Origin: Waterburya sp.
Lineage (GTDB): Bacteria; Cyanobacteriota; Cyanobacteriia; Cyanobacteriales; Xenococcaceae
NCBI GenBank assembly: GCA_965217895.1
Contig: CBDCJV010000002.1
Span: 2,560,001-2,624,000 of the forward strand
Direction of reading: 5' to 3'
Length of the DNA stretch: 64,000 bases
Made by a program: the position numbers and the translations under genes. The notes under the pieces are model-generated. The model saw only the letters and a program-made list of their open reading frames with translations, was not told the DNA's origin and searched no databases. This document shows, in pieces, positions 30,712 to 40,684 of the stretch. Numbering within the stretch: the stretch's first letter is position 1; each line of letters starts with the position of its first letter.

Positions 30712-33700
30712 ATGGCTAATTTAATATTACCGAAACTAAAAACGGGTACAGATGTCAGACCTCCAGAAAGGGAAGGAATTTGGACAAGCTTAGAATCAAG
30801 ATCGGCGTTTCAGAATGTCGCAACCAGTCTCGATTATCAAGCTTCGGGAGAAACTAAAAGCGTAAGTTCCGTCCCGACAATGTGGGCGCGTCCTCTATCG
30901 ATAGAGATGGCGTTACACAATAAAAACTATCCGATTCGTCGGGAAATGATTGCCCAGTGGCAGGGAATGTTAGCTGCCGTGGCTTTAGCCGAAGTAAGAC
31001 GATTTCCTTTAACCGCTCAATTAGTCGATTTGAGCAAATTACGCCAACAGCAGCCTTTTAGTAGAGCTTTATACCAACTGTTACCTCATCCCGTTAATGC
31101 TCTTTACAGTCTCGACGGTAATAATCCCTGGCAGGAAGTTTATGTTTTCCTCTGGAATAATCAACCTGTGGGTATGACTTCCCCTAGTACTATAGTTGCC
31201 AACTCCGAAGAAGGAAATTGGTCTGGTTTACCCTGGTGGAATGAGGAAACAAAATGTTTAGGATCTCCCCTGACTGGTAATCACCTCAACAAGAATGAAA
31301 AAGCTTTATTATGGCGGTGGTTAGAAAATTTAAGTACTCATCTCCATAATCAAAATTATCAAGGTCAACCCAGAGCGATCGATGAAATTAGCGGTTTAAT
31401 TAATCAATTTCGCGATAGTTTGGGTTCTTATCCCGAACAAGCTGTCAGCTTAAGCGATAATCCGCAGTATTTCGGCGTATCTCTCAATCGTGGTGTCCTT
31501 AACGGCATTAACAAGCCTGCTAAAGCCGAGGCGCAACCATCCAATGTGCGCTTGATTGGTAGTCAAGGTTTAAGCCAAGTACAAGACTTACTGATCCTCG
31601 ATCCGCAGATAGCCGAAGCTTGGGGAAAATCACCCCAAAATATTTGGCTACATCAAGACCAAACTTTAGCATCACTAAAAATCGAAGATTTAAAGTCAGG
31701 TAAAGTCATCTGGCAAAATGTACGCTGGATTGAATCAAAGGATTTATTTTTACCAGAATTAACCTTTATTGATATCGAAGATGCCTTACCTGGTGGTTAT
31801 TTACCTCCAGAAACTCAACCTTTAATTTTCAACAAACGCAGAATCACCCCATTACTTCCCCTAAATCAAATCCTGCTGGAATATTTCACTCCTGAAGATC
31901 TGATCCGTCACCTCAATATAACTCCCCTTAATAGTAGCGATGGGACATTTATCAGAATTGAGTTAGATTTACCTCTTTCGGGCAATAATAACCAATCTCA
32001 AAATTATCGCATCTACAAAGATTATCCACTGAAAGAAGAAAATGCTCTAGCTGACGGCGTACCTATCTTAGAAGTGTGGCCCCATTTCCAAGCTGAAGGT
32101 TGGCAAGAGTATTACGGCTTCTACTACGATGCAGGTTTGGGAGAAGATACCTTTCACGTCAGTTTCCCCCAAGCCAAAGAACCTCATGTCTTTCAGGAAG
32201 GTCAAGGCAATTATCAACTAACGCGACTAGACAAGTTTCCTTCTCATATTCAGTGTCAAAATCGCAACAGACAACCACTTGGTTTAATTCCTTTAAAAAC
32301 ACCTCAAAAGATTTCATTGGCTGATAATTGGCGAGTTGGGGTAGACTTCGGTACTTCTTTCACCAATATCTATGTCAATAGAAGAGATAACGTCGAACCT
32401 TTATCTCTTAAGAGTTTACATTTAAAGGTAACGGAAGCAGATATCGAAACTCGTATTCCTGTACTTTTTGAATACTTCGTCCCAGAAAAATTTATTCCTC
32501 TTGATAAACCTTTACCTTTTTCCAGTGTTCTCACTACTAGAGGTAAAACTAACAGTCCCGAAGGAAGAGAACGGGCTTTATTTGATGGTCGGATATATAA
32601 TCCAGACCTTAATTTTCAACCAGATAAAAACTGGATCGAAACCGATCTCAAATGGGATAATTTTGTTCCCAATCGACTGTTTTTAGAACATTTAGCACTG
32701 CACGTTTCCGCCCTGGCTGCTAGCGAAGGAATCACAGAGATTCAATGGTCTTTATCTTATCCTTCCGCTTTTTCCAGGGGAGATCACACTAGATATATGA
32801 GCACTTGGCGCGAATTAACTGAAAAACTGCAAGAAAAAACTGGCATTATTCAAAGTTGTCCAGAACAAAAGAATTTAGAGTGTTTTCGTACTGAAAGTCT
32901 AGCAGTTGCTCAATACTTTTCTGACCAGGAAGGATACGATTTAATTAATAGTGTTTGTATCGATATTGGTGGCGGGACATCAGACATCTCAATATGGGAA
33001 AATAATCAATTAGTTCATCAATGTTCGGTTAGATTAGCAGGTCGTCAGTTATTTTCGCAATTTATAGAATTAAATCCCGACTTTATACGTAACAGTTTAA
33101 AACTCAAACACAGTGGTTACGAACGTTTAAAAAAAGACAAGCTATATGCCAAGTTAGATGTTTTACTCCGTAACAATGGAGAAACATGGCTAAAGGAAAT
33201 AGTTAAAACTATCGATAAAGATGAAAAATCTCAAGGATTGATTCGCTTAATTGCCTTGGGAACGGCTGGACTATACTATTACATCGGTATTTTATTAGGT
33301 GCATTGTATTCGGAAGAAAAATATACTACAGATGAAATTACTCCTGTTTATGTTGGTGGTAATGCTTCTCGATTCTTAAATTGGCTAGATATCGGAGGCA
33401 AGTTTGACAAACATTCTCAAGTCAATGAATTATTTAGCCATATGTTAAGTAAGGGTTCTGGCTTTAAAGATACTGAAGAAGTCACTCGTTTAAGTCAAAA
33501 GCCAAAAGATGAGGTAGCCTGTGGATTGGTTCTTACTGATACCAAGCTCAAAGGCTTAAATAAAAAACAAAAAGATCCTTTAATTGCAGGAGAAAATTGT
33601 GTAATTAATGGAAAAGAAATTTCTTACGAAAATCGCCTAGAATTTGAGGATAGAATTGAAAGTTTTGAAATTCCTGAATTGCATCAGCTATTTGCTTTTG

Positions 33701-33954
33701 TTGATGAGTTTAATTCAGCTATTAAGGAATTAGAACTAGAAGGAATTAAACCAATGTCTCAATTTCAAAGAGGTAAAGGCTTAGAACCTAAATATAAAGA
33801 CAAACTCTACAGTAGTACCAAAAGAGAACTAAAGAATATACTACTCAAAGAATTTGGACAAGGTGATTCTGAAAATATTCGTCCTGATGCTCCTTTTATT
33901 TTAGGATTGAAAGCTTTGTTACTTGCCTTGGGTAGAGAATGGGCAGAGCATTAG
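30712..33954 (+). CDS. Large protein with C-terminal actin/Hsp70-fold (ASKHA) ATPase domain
   Basis: GVDFGTSFT, ESLAVA, IDIGGGTSD, VGGNASR, PKDEVACG in the correct order; ~540-aa unknown N-terminal region; likely start is ATG 30712. Confidence 0.8.
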   Translation: MANLILPKLKTGTDVRPPEREGIWTSLESRSAFQNVATSLDYQASGETKSVSSVPTMWARPLSIEMALHNKNYPIRREMIAQWQGMLAAVALAEVRRFPLTAQLVDLSKLRQQQPFSRALYQLLPHPVNALYSLDGNNPWQEVYVFLWNNQPVGMTSPSTIVANSEEGNWSGLPWWNEETKCLGSPLTGNHLNKNEKALLWRWLENLSTHLHNQNYQGQPRAIDEISGLINQFRDSLGSYPEQAVSLSDNPQYFGVSLNRGVLNGINKPAKAEAQPSNVRLIGSQGLSQVQDLLILDPQIAEAWGKSPQNIWLHQDQTLASLKIEDLKSGKVIWQNVRWIESKDLFLPELTFIDIEDALPGGYLPPETQPLIFNKRRITPLLPLNQILLEYFTPEDLIRHLNITPLNSSDGTFIRIELDLPLSGNNNQSQNYRIYKDYPLKEENALADGVPILEVWPHFQAEGWQEYYGFYYDAGLGEDTFHVSFPQAKEPHVFQEGQGNYQLTRLDKFPSHIQCQNRNRQPLGLIPLKTPQKISLADNWRVGVDFGTSFTNIYVNRRDNVEPLSLKSLHLKVTEADIETRIPVLFEYFVPEKFIPLDKPLPFSSVLTTRGKTNSPEGRERALFDGRIYNPDLNFQPDKNWIETDLKWDNFVPNRLFLEHLALHVSALAASEGITEIQWSLSYPSAFSRGDHTRYMSTWRELTEKLQEKTGIIQSCPEQKNLECFRTESLAVAQYFSDQEGYDLINSVCIDIGGGTSDISIWENNQLVHQCSVRLAGRQLFSQFIELNPDFIRNSLKLKHSGYERLKKDKLYAKLDVLLRNNGETWLKEIVKTIDKDEKSQGLIRLIALGTAGLYYYIGILLGALYSEEKYTTDEITPVYVGGNASRFLNWLDIGGKFDKHSQVNELFSHMLSKGSGFKDTEEVTRLSQKPKDEVACGLVLTDTKLKGLNKKQKDPLIAGENCVINGKEISYENRLEFEDRIESFEIPELHQLFAFVDEFNSAIKELELEGIKPMSQFQRGKGLEPKYKDKLYSSTKRELKNILLKEFGQGDSENIRPDAPFILGLKALLLALGREWAEH

Positions 33955-34055
33955 TAGTAATTAATTATATTTGGCTTAAAGAGTTATGTAAATAAATCAA
34001 TTTTTTTGAAATAACTCTTTGAACATTATTTTTTTGAAATAAATAAATTAATCCT

Positions 34056-34964
34056 ATGGCTTCTTTTGATAATGTACAAGTACATAACTGTCCTGCTTGT
34101 GGAACTAAATATAAGGCTCAACGGGATGATTATATTTGTTGTGAATGTAAGTATCCTGTTAATTCAACAGCAGATTCAAAAGTTATTGATTGGTCGAAAA
34201 AAACTATTCAACAAATACAAGAACAAAATCAAATAAATCAAAAATTAACAGAAGACTTAGACAATCAAAATAAGAAAGAAAGTAATAACTTTAACATTTT
34301 TCAACAAACTATAGGCAGAATATCTCAACCTATAAGTAATTTGGCTCAGGAAATCAATAGTTTAACTCAAGAAATTAAAACCTTAACACAACAACAATAT
34401 AATTCAAATCTCAAGCAAAATAATAATTCTAAAATAGAAGGAAATTTAGAAGCATCACAACAAAATGATAATTCAGATATCGACGATTCTAAAGACTGTC
34501 TAGAAAAAAATAAAAGTGATAATTCGCATTCAGAAAATAATATAGACAATGATTCATTACCAGAAGCATCAAATGATAATAATGCTCTAAATAATATTCC
34601 TCAATTTTTAAGAGATTATAATCATGACAAAAATTTACTACTTGGCAAAGCGATCGCGACAGTTTCAGAAACAGCAGAAAGTATAAGTAATCGTCGCGAT
34701 GCAAGAGATATTCCAGTCCAGTTAGAAGTAAAAGCATCGAGGGGAAGCTATTGGATTATTAATGAAGAAGGTATTAATTATTTAGTTCCTACAATCGATA
34801 TTAAATTTAACGAGTTTAACCTTGACACACTTCAAGCCTTATTTGAATACGATAATTCTTGCAACAACTCTTATGAGTTTCAACTAATTAAACCAGCTAA
34901 AGTATCTCAAATATCATCAAAAACATGGCAAATTGAGAAAAAAGGCAAGCTATATTTTTATTAA
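34056..34964 (+). CDS. Zn-ribbon / coiled-coil protein with one copy of an unnamed C-terminal domain
   Basis: CPAC...CCEC, heptads, C-terminal G.YW..YLVP..LFE..LIKPAKV..WQ..KG domain. Confidence 0.75.
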   Translation: MASFDNVQVHNCPACGTKYKAQRDDYICCECKYPVNSTADSKVIDWSKKTIQQIQEQNQINQKLTEDLDNQNKKESNNFNIFQQTIGRISQPISNLAQEINSLTQEIKTLTQQQYNSNLKQNNNSKIEGNLEASQQNDNSDIDDSKDCLEKNKSDNSHSENNIDNDSLPEASNDNNALNNIPQFLRDYNHDKNLLLGKAIATVSETAESISNRRDARDIPVQLEVKASRGSYWIINEEGINYLVPTIDIKFNEFNLDTLQALFEYDNSCNNSYEFQLIKPAKVSQISSKTWQIEKKGKLYFY

Positions 34965-35020
34965 AGACTAAGAATTAAGCATAATTTAATCAATAATTTG
35001 AAAACAATTAACGAAATCTC

Positions 35021-36802
35021 ATGGCTACAAGTGATAAAAACACAGTTGTCACTCAAGGATTTGTCGATAAACTAATTGACAAAATAGGTAAAATCCTAAA
35101 AGAACAACATACTCTTGTTGAACGAGATGAACAACAAGCAGAATCAATAGAATTATTATTAGAAAAAGTTAGTTCTATTGAAAAAAACTTTGAGGAATTA
35201 ACTAAATCTTTAGCTAAAGGTAGCTATCCGCTGAAGTTAGCGCGATCTATAAAAGTAACACCATCTTCCATAAAACCTCATATCTTACCTGTCGATCTGA
35301 CTAAAGCTCAATTGATTGCCACCTATAACGAATTAGTAGCCGTGTTATCTGGTTATATTATCCCCGTTACCCTTACGCCAGAAAGTTATCGAGGTTCAAA
35401 TTCAGATGGAATAATTCTAGAAACAACTATCAAAGGAAATTATTGGGCGATCGCAACTCTAGAAAACAAACAGCATAAATATTGGCTTGTACCTAATAAT
35501 AATATCAGTTTTAATATTCACAAATTAAAAACAGTTGAAAATTTATTCCAGCTACAAGGAGATTATAATTCATCCGAATGCGAGTTTATCTTACAAGAAC
35601 CCGCAATTCTTTCTTTATTGCCGAATAACAAACAATGGAAGCTACTTCAGCCTGGTATTCTATTTTTTGGTAGCATAAAATCTGCATCACCTCAATTAAA
35701 ACAGCCTGAAAATGTAGTTGACGATAAGCAATCTAAAATTAATCAACAGATTTTGTCTAGCTTGACAGCATTTCAAACAAAAGTAAAGCTACTAGATAAT
35801 AAAATAACGCAGTTTGAAATTCAATCGGAAATATCGGAAAAAGTTTATCAACGAGATAAACAAGATTGGCTTACAGAAAAAAAAATTCTCAATGAACAAA
35901 TACAAAAAACTGATGTCTTACAATCTCAGCTAAATAACTTGATTAATCAAAGCGATCATACTGAAAATTTCAACTCAGACAATAGTGTTCAACAGTTTAC
36001 CGAATTATACAATCAACATAAAAATTCATTTAACGAATTTGTAATAGCTACAGTTATAGAGACACAAGAAAGTATGGAAAATCGTTTAGCAGGTCGTTCT
36101 GAAACAGTTTTTCTTTCAAGTATAAGTAAAGGTAACTATTGGATAGTAGAAGAAAACAACAATTCTTATTTAGTTCCTCATGCAAAAATTAGCATCAATG
36201 AACACAATAAACGATATACTATTGAAAATCTTTTTGAGTGTAATGAATCAAGCTCAGGTGATTATAGTTTTCAATTAATTCAGCCAGCAAAGGTTTTAAA
36301 ACTCAATTCGGAATTATGGCAACTTGAGAGAAAAGGCAAAATAGAGTTCATATCAGATAATCACAACAAAATAGACAATACAGAGATTAAAGATAGTCAG
36401 GATACAAAAATAGATTTAAAAACTAAAATATCTCGATTTAGACAAGACTATACTCAAGACATTAAGCTAATCTCTGATCTGATCGTGGCTAAAGTTACAA
36501 TTAGTGTAGAAACTCTATTACAACTTGTAATCTATAAACCCGATCTAATTAAATTAGAAAATAATGCTGATGGTAAGTATTGGATTATTGATTACTTAGG
36601 TGTTTATTGCTTGATACCAAGCGAAATACATCAGATAACTAACGCTACAGAAAAATCCTTAAACGATGCCAAAATCTTATTCGATCTAGTTGGATACTAT
36701 CCTCAATACTCTAGCTATCATTTAATTAAACCTGCAATAGTAACCAAGCTCTCTACGAATCAATGGAAATTGGAAGAAAAAGGTAAATTTAATTTTTCGT
36801 AG
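35021..36802 (+). CDS. Coiled-coil protein with three copies of the same unnamed domain
   Basis: Three repeats of G.YW / L.P / LF / PA / W.L...G. Confidence 0.78.
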   Translation: MATSDKNTVVTQGFVDKLIDKIGKILKEQHTLVERDEQQAESIELLLEKVSSIEKNFEELTKSLAKGSYPLKLARSIKVTPSSIKPHILPVDLTKAQLIATYNELVAVLSGYIIPVTLTPESYRGSNSDGIILETTIKGNYWAIATLENKQHKYWLVPNNNISFNIHKLKTVENLFQLQGDYNSSECEFILQEPAILSLLPNNKQWKLLQPGILFFGSIKSASPQLKQPENVVDDKQSKINQQILSSLTAFQTKVKLLDNKITQFEIQSEISEKVYQRDKQDWLTEKKILNEQIQKTDVLQSQLNNLINQSDHTENFNSDNSVQQFTELYNQHKNSFNEFVIATVIETQESMENRLAGRSETVFLSSISKGNYWIVEENNNSYLVPHAKISINEHNKRYTIENLFECNESSSGDYSFQLIQPAKVLKLNSELWQLERKGKIEFISDNHNKIDNTEIKDSQDTKIDLKTKISRFRQDYTQDIKLISDLIVAKVTISVETLLQLVIYKPDLIKLENNADGKYWIIDYLGVYCLIPSEIHQITNATEKSLNDAKILFDLVGYYPQYSSYHLIKPAIVTKLSTNQWKLEEKGKFNFS

Positions 36803-36936
36803 ATATTGCTAGGCATAAAGTTTGAGTTTTGCTTTATAGGCTAAAAAGCGATCGCACAAGCGCGAGCAAATCTTTCTAAAAGCTGATAGCTATTGATAAA
36901 AGTTTATTATTTAATTTTATAATAACTCTCTTAATT

Positions 36937-37572
36937 ATGATTTATCTTGATTCGGCTTTAATTGAAGAAGCTCAAGCAGCAGTGGCAATGGGCTGGGTAA
37001 AGGGAATTACAACCAATCCAACTCTACTAAATAAAAGCGATCTAGCTCCTGAAGACTGTCTTCAACAATTGACGGCTATCAGTCCTGGAGAACTATATTA
37101 TCAGCTATGTGCCACAGATTTTGAGGCAATGGTTACAGAAGCAAAAAAAGCCCAAGCAATTATTGGCGATAAGCTGGTCTTAAAAATTCCTGCTACTCCA
37201 TTAGGATTTCAGGTTACAGCTTATTTATCATCAGCAATAAATTGTTCGGTAACAGCTATTTATAGTCCTGCCCAAGCAGCAGTTGCTGCCCAGGCGGGAG
37301 CAAAATATGCGATCGCCTACGTAAACCGTGCTACCAGGCTTTTAGGAGATGGTTTAGCACTAGTCAGAGAAATGTCTGATGTACTCAAACATAGCAATAC
37401 TGAAATTCTGGCAGCCAGCCTTAAGTCGCCTGAAGAAGCTGCTGCTACCCTGCAAGCAGGAGCGCATCACCTCACCGTTCCTATGTCAATCTTAGAGGCA
37501 ATGGCAACACATGATTTATCAGATCAGACCGTAACTGAGTTTTTAGATAAGGGCATTGGCATTAGTATTTAA
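36937..37572 (+). CDS. Transaldolase / fructose-6-phosphate aldolase family protein
   Basis: YLDSA, GITTNPTL, LKIP, ILAAS. Confidence 0.88.
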   Translation: MIYLDSALIEEAQAAVAMGWVKGITTNPTLLNKSDLAPEDCLQQLTAISPGELYYQLCATDFEAMVTEAKKAQAIIGDKLVLKIPATPLGFQVTAYLSSAINCSVTAIYSPAQAAVAAQAGAKYAIAYVNRATRLLGDGLALVREMSDVLKHSNTEILAASLKSPEEAAATLQAGAHHLTVPMSILEAMATHDLSDQTVTEFLDKGIGISI

Positions 37573-37589
37573 GCTGACGTATTTATTTA

Positions 37590-37720
37590 CTGATATTACG
37601 CAGCATGGGGTCATGGAGTAGTGAGTAAGGAGTATAGAGGAGTAGTGGAGATAGTGAAGCCAAACTACCCCAATTACCCCACTACCCAGTCTTCACAGAT
37701 CAATGAGTGCGTAACATCAG
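37590..37720. mobile_element. MITE copy 1
   Basis: Ends CTGATATTACGCA / TGCGTAACATCAG, flanked by TTA on both sides; internal 9-bp repeats; homologous to 41801-41956. Confidence 0.75.
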
Positions 37721-38248
37721 TTATTTAGATAAGGCGATCGCCTGTGCTATCTTATCAAACATATTTGTTACGTCCTGTCCTGTCTTTGCCGAAGTTAGAT
37801 AGGCAGCAATTACTTGTTCACAATCAAAAGAGCTATATGCTTGGCTTAGTTTGTCTAGCTTTTCTTGAGCGACTAAATCAGCCTTGTTTAAACTTATTGC
37901 TATAATGGTTTGAGGATTTACCTCGGAAAAAAGGTTAATATGATTATTTAAATTATTGAGGGTATCTGAGCGAGTCAAATCTCCCACAATAATTGCGGCA
38001 CTTGCACCTTTAAGATAGCTGGGGGTAATTGACTTGAACTTAGTATTACCTTCTAAATCCCAGACCAAAAGATTAATTTGATCGATCTGTGAGTCAGTTT
38101 TGATATTTACTGATTTGCGAGATACCTTAACTCCAACCGTAGACAAATATTGATCGCTAAACTTATCTTCAACAAAGCGTCGAATTAAGCTGGTTTTACC
38201 AACATTAAAATCTCCTATTAAACAAATTTTCTTGGTAATTACTGACAT
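37721..38248 (-). CDS. Rab/Ras-like small GTPase
   Basis: G1 GDFNVGKTS, G2 YLSTVG, G3 WDLEG, G4 NKAD, G5 TSAK. Confidence 0.92.
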   Translation of the reverse strand: MSVITKKICLIGDFNVGKTSLIRRFVEDKFSDQYLSTVGVKVSRKSVNIKTDSQIDQINLLVWDLEGNTKFKSITPSYLKGASAAIIVGDLTRSDTLNNLNNHINLFSEVNPQTIIAISLNKADLVAQEKLDKLSQAYSSFDCEQVIAAYLTSAKTGQDVTNMFDKIAQAIALSK

Positions 38249-38251
38249 TAG

Positions 38252-40585
38252 TTAGTTTTTCTTGATATTGCTCGTAGGAATAAATGGTTCAAAGCTTACA
38301 TAACGATCTAACCACGCTGCTTGGTTGTTTGTATTTTGGGAAACATCTAATTTTGTGCAACGAGCCACAAGCTTAGTTGAATCAACTCCTTTGGCAACTA
38401 AGGCTGCCTGGACATTTTGACAACGCTCTTGGTTTAATTTTTGGTTAATTTTGTCTGTACCTTTTCCATCATTATGAGCTATTAATTTGAGATTTAGTTG
38501 GGGATATTGCTCTAAAAACTGGACTACAGAGTCAAGCTTGGCAGAAGTATCGGTAAATTCTAGCCGATTAGATCCTGAATTGAAGTAAATACGTTGTTTT
38601 ACCTTTGGTAACTGCGTATTTACGTTGAGAATTATTTTGGCAATTCCTGGTACTTGCTCGAACAGCTTAAGCATAAATTCTTGCTTTGATAAACTGCTTA
38701 CAGTTCCTTCTATAGTTAAAGTTTTGGTAGGAGATTCATAATTGGTTTTAATCAAGTTATTTGGCTGTTGATTAAATAAGCGAGTCAACCTTTGAACTTC
38801 ACCAGCAACCACATCAGGACTGGGAGAAATCTGAATAGCGATAATTTGGTTATCGAACTGGAGATTATTTTGACTGGCAATTTTTTGTGTAATTGCCCCT
38901 GCCTGATTTTTGAGGTATTCACTCGGAACTCTGCCACTAATAGTTAGTGTTCGATGATTTACATAGGGTTCTAAGCGATAAATAGATAGTTCTGGTGCAG
39001 CATCTAGTTTTGCTGCTGTTATTTGTTCAATATTGTGAGCTACATTGCCACGGTAGCTAATAATTCCCCAAGGAATAAGAACTAAACCCAGAAGAAAGGC
39101 TATTAGCCACAACAACGTCGACGGAGAAGACTTAAGTTTTGACTGCTGAGGATCTTGTTCGTAAATTAGCTTTCCTAATGCGGCTCTAATTTGTGGAGGA
39201 TTAGTTGTCATGTCTCCCTGATAATTAGCGATCGCCTTTCCATGCTTGAGGACAATTTCCCCTAAAACTCGGCGAATTCTGACTCGAAATTCTTTTGTCG
39301 GTTCTCCCTTAACCACTACGGCTAAATAACAATAGCCAGCTACTTCAATGGGAATCTGCCAGTCACCATAATCAATTGCGTCTAATTCTGAGCCAGAGGT
39401 AATACATTCATTAGCAAAACTACGAATTGCCGTTAACATTCCTGCAATCATGTCCGAATCTAAATGCCGATCTGCTTCCCTTTTAATCTCCTCAATCACA
39501 ATTCCCGAATCTTTAGCAATCAAAAATACGGCTTGAACATAATAGCCAATGGACTCTCGAAAAATTAGTTCGGCTTCAGAAACTCCCTGGATTTTTGCTT
39601 TTACCTTGCGCTTAATTCCCTCTGGGCTTAGGGTATTCTCCACCTTTCTATTGATATCCTGCACCACCTCCACCATATATTTAGAAATAGTGCTGCCAAT
39701 GACGGGGTAGAGTGCATCTACCATGGCATCTTTTTCAAGCTCAATCTGAGTTTTAATTGCCTTGCCCATTTCTGAACCTAAAGCTTCGGAGATTGCATCT
39801 TGGTCTAAACGAATTTGCTCTTTAATACACAGAGCCAATTCTGGAGCGATCGCCTTAGCAATCTCTTCAGGAGTCAGATTAATACCTTCGCTGATGGCAT
39901 GGGGCAAAATTTTAGCGATCGCGGCTGCCATTTTAGGCGAGTCTTCGAGCGATCGCTGTTCGATTATCCGATCTAGTACAGGTGATACTGTTTTTATAAT
40001 TGTCTCTTGAGAATCATCTATTTTATATTTCAGTAGCTCTACCATTAAAGGAATCAGGGCATTTACTGAATCAACAAGATCTAACTCTTGAGCAGAATCT
40101 GCTTGTGTCTGTAGCTCACTGCTATCTTTAGCGACAGACTCGATGGCTTCATCAAAAGTTACTTCCCAAGATGATGAGCGATCTGGTTCTGAGTCAGATG
40201 CTGAATGCTGTTGAGGCTTTACAGTTTGTCGGAGAAATGCTTGATACTCAACGGCTTTTTCGAGAGTGAGATTTTCTATTTCGCTTTCTACATCTATTTC
40301 TAAATCGGCATCTTCAGTATGTTGAAAGCTTGGGCGATCGGCATTAGAGTTTACCTGTTCTGATTTTGGTTTCTCAAAAGTAGAGTCGAAAGCCTTTTCT
40401 TGATAATATGACGGTTGCTTGCTATCTGTATCTCCTACCTCTGCCGTTTCTGCTTGGGATACGCCATTTGCTGATGACTTTTCATCTAATAAAAGATTAA
40501 GTAAATTGTCAATCGGCTCAAGATCTGGTTTTGTTGATTGAGAATTATTATCTTGAGGAGGTAAATTTTCAGAAAAAGAATTCAT
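38252..40585 (-). CDS. Membrane protein: helical repeats, longin/roadblock-like domain, TM, BON domain(s), OmpA-like domain
   Basis: A.AIAP/ALYPVIG repeats; VFLI..SG..D.DMIAGMLTAIRSF; TM LLWLIAFLLGLVLIPW; LTISGRVPS; IYFNSGS...N.KL..ER...V...L...GV. Confidence 0.8.
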   Translation of the reverse strand: MNSFSENLPPQDNNSQSTKPDLEPIDNLLNLLLDEKSSANGVSQAETAEVGDTDSKQPSYYQEKAFDSTFEKPKSEQVNSNADRPSFQHTEDADLEIDVESEIENLTLEKAVEYQAFLRQTVKPQQHSASDSEPDRSSSWEVTFDEAIESVAKDSSELQTQADSAQELDLVDSVNALIPLMVELLKYKIDDSQETIIKTVSPVLDRIIEQRSLEDSPKMAAAIAKILPHAISEGINLTPEEIAKAIAPELALCIKEQIRLDQDAISEALGSEMGKAIKTQIELEKDAMVDALYPVIGSTISKYMVEVVQDINRKVENTLSPEGIKRKVKAKIQGVSEAELIFRESIGYYVQAVFLIAKDSGIVIEEIKREADRHLDSDMIAGMLTAIRSFANECITSGSELDAIDYGDWQIPIEVAGYCYLAVVVKGEPTKEFRVRIRRVLGEIVLKHGKAIANYQGDMTTNPPQIRAALGKLIYEQDPQQSKLKSSPSTLLWLIAFLLGLVLIPWGIISYRGNVAHNIEQITAAKLDAAPELSIYRLEPYVNHRTLTISGRVPSEYLKNQAGAITQKIASQNNLQFDNQIIAIQISPSPDVVAGEVQRLTRLFNQQPNNLIKTNYESPTKTLTIEGTVSSLSKQEFMLKLFEQVPGIAKIILNVNTQLPKVKQRIYFNSGSNRLEFTDTSAKLDSVVQFLEQYPQLNLKLIAHNDGKGTDKINQKLNQERCQNVQAALVAKGVDSTKLVARCTKLDVSQNTNNQAAWLDRYVSFEPFIPTSNIKKN

Positions 40586-40684
40586 AAGCAATTTTACAAT
40601 ATCTGAAGCTTAAAACAGTTAGAGCAGTTTTCTTTGACTACTAACGACTAACTACTAACTACCAACTACCAACTACTAAGATTG

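Noticed and set aside
29104..33954. Calling these genes ftsZ and ftsA/mreB/dnaK, or a TubZ/ParM partition system
   Set aside because: Sizes and motifs diverge strongly; no dcw context, adaptor gene or centromere-like repeats
37608..37690. 9-bp periodic repeats as a possible CRISPR or iteron array
   Set aside because: Too short, no spacers, and internal to a MITE present twice
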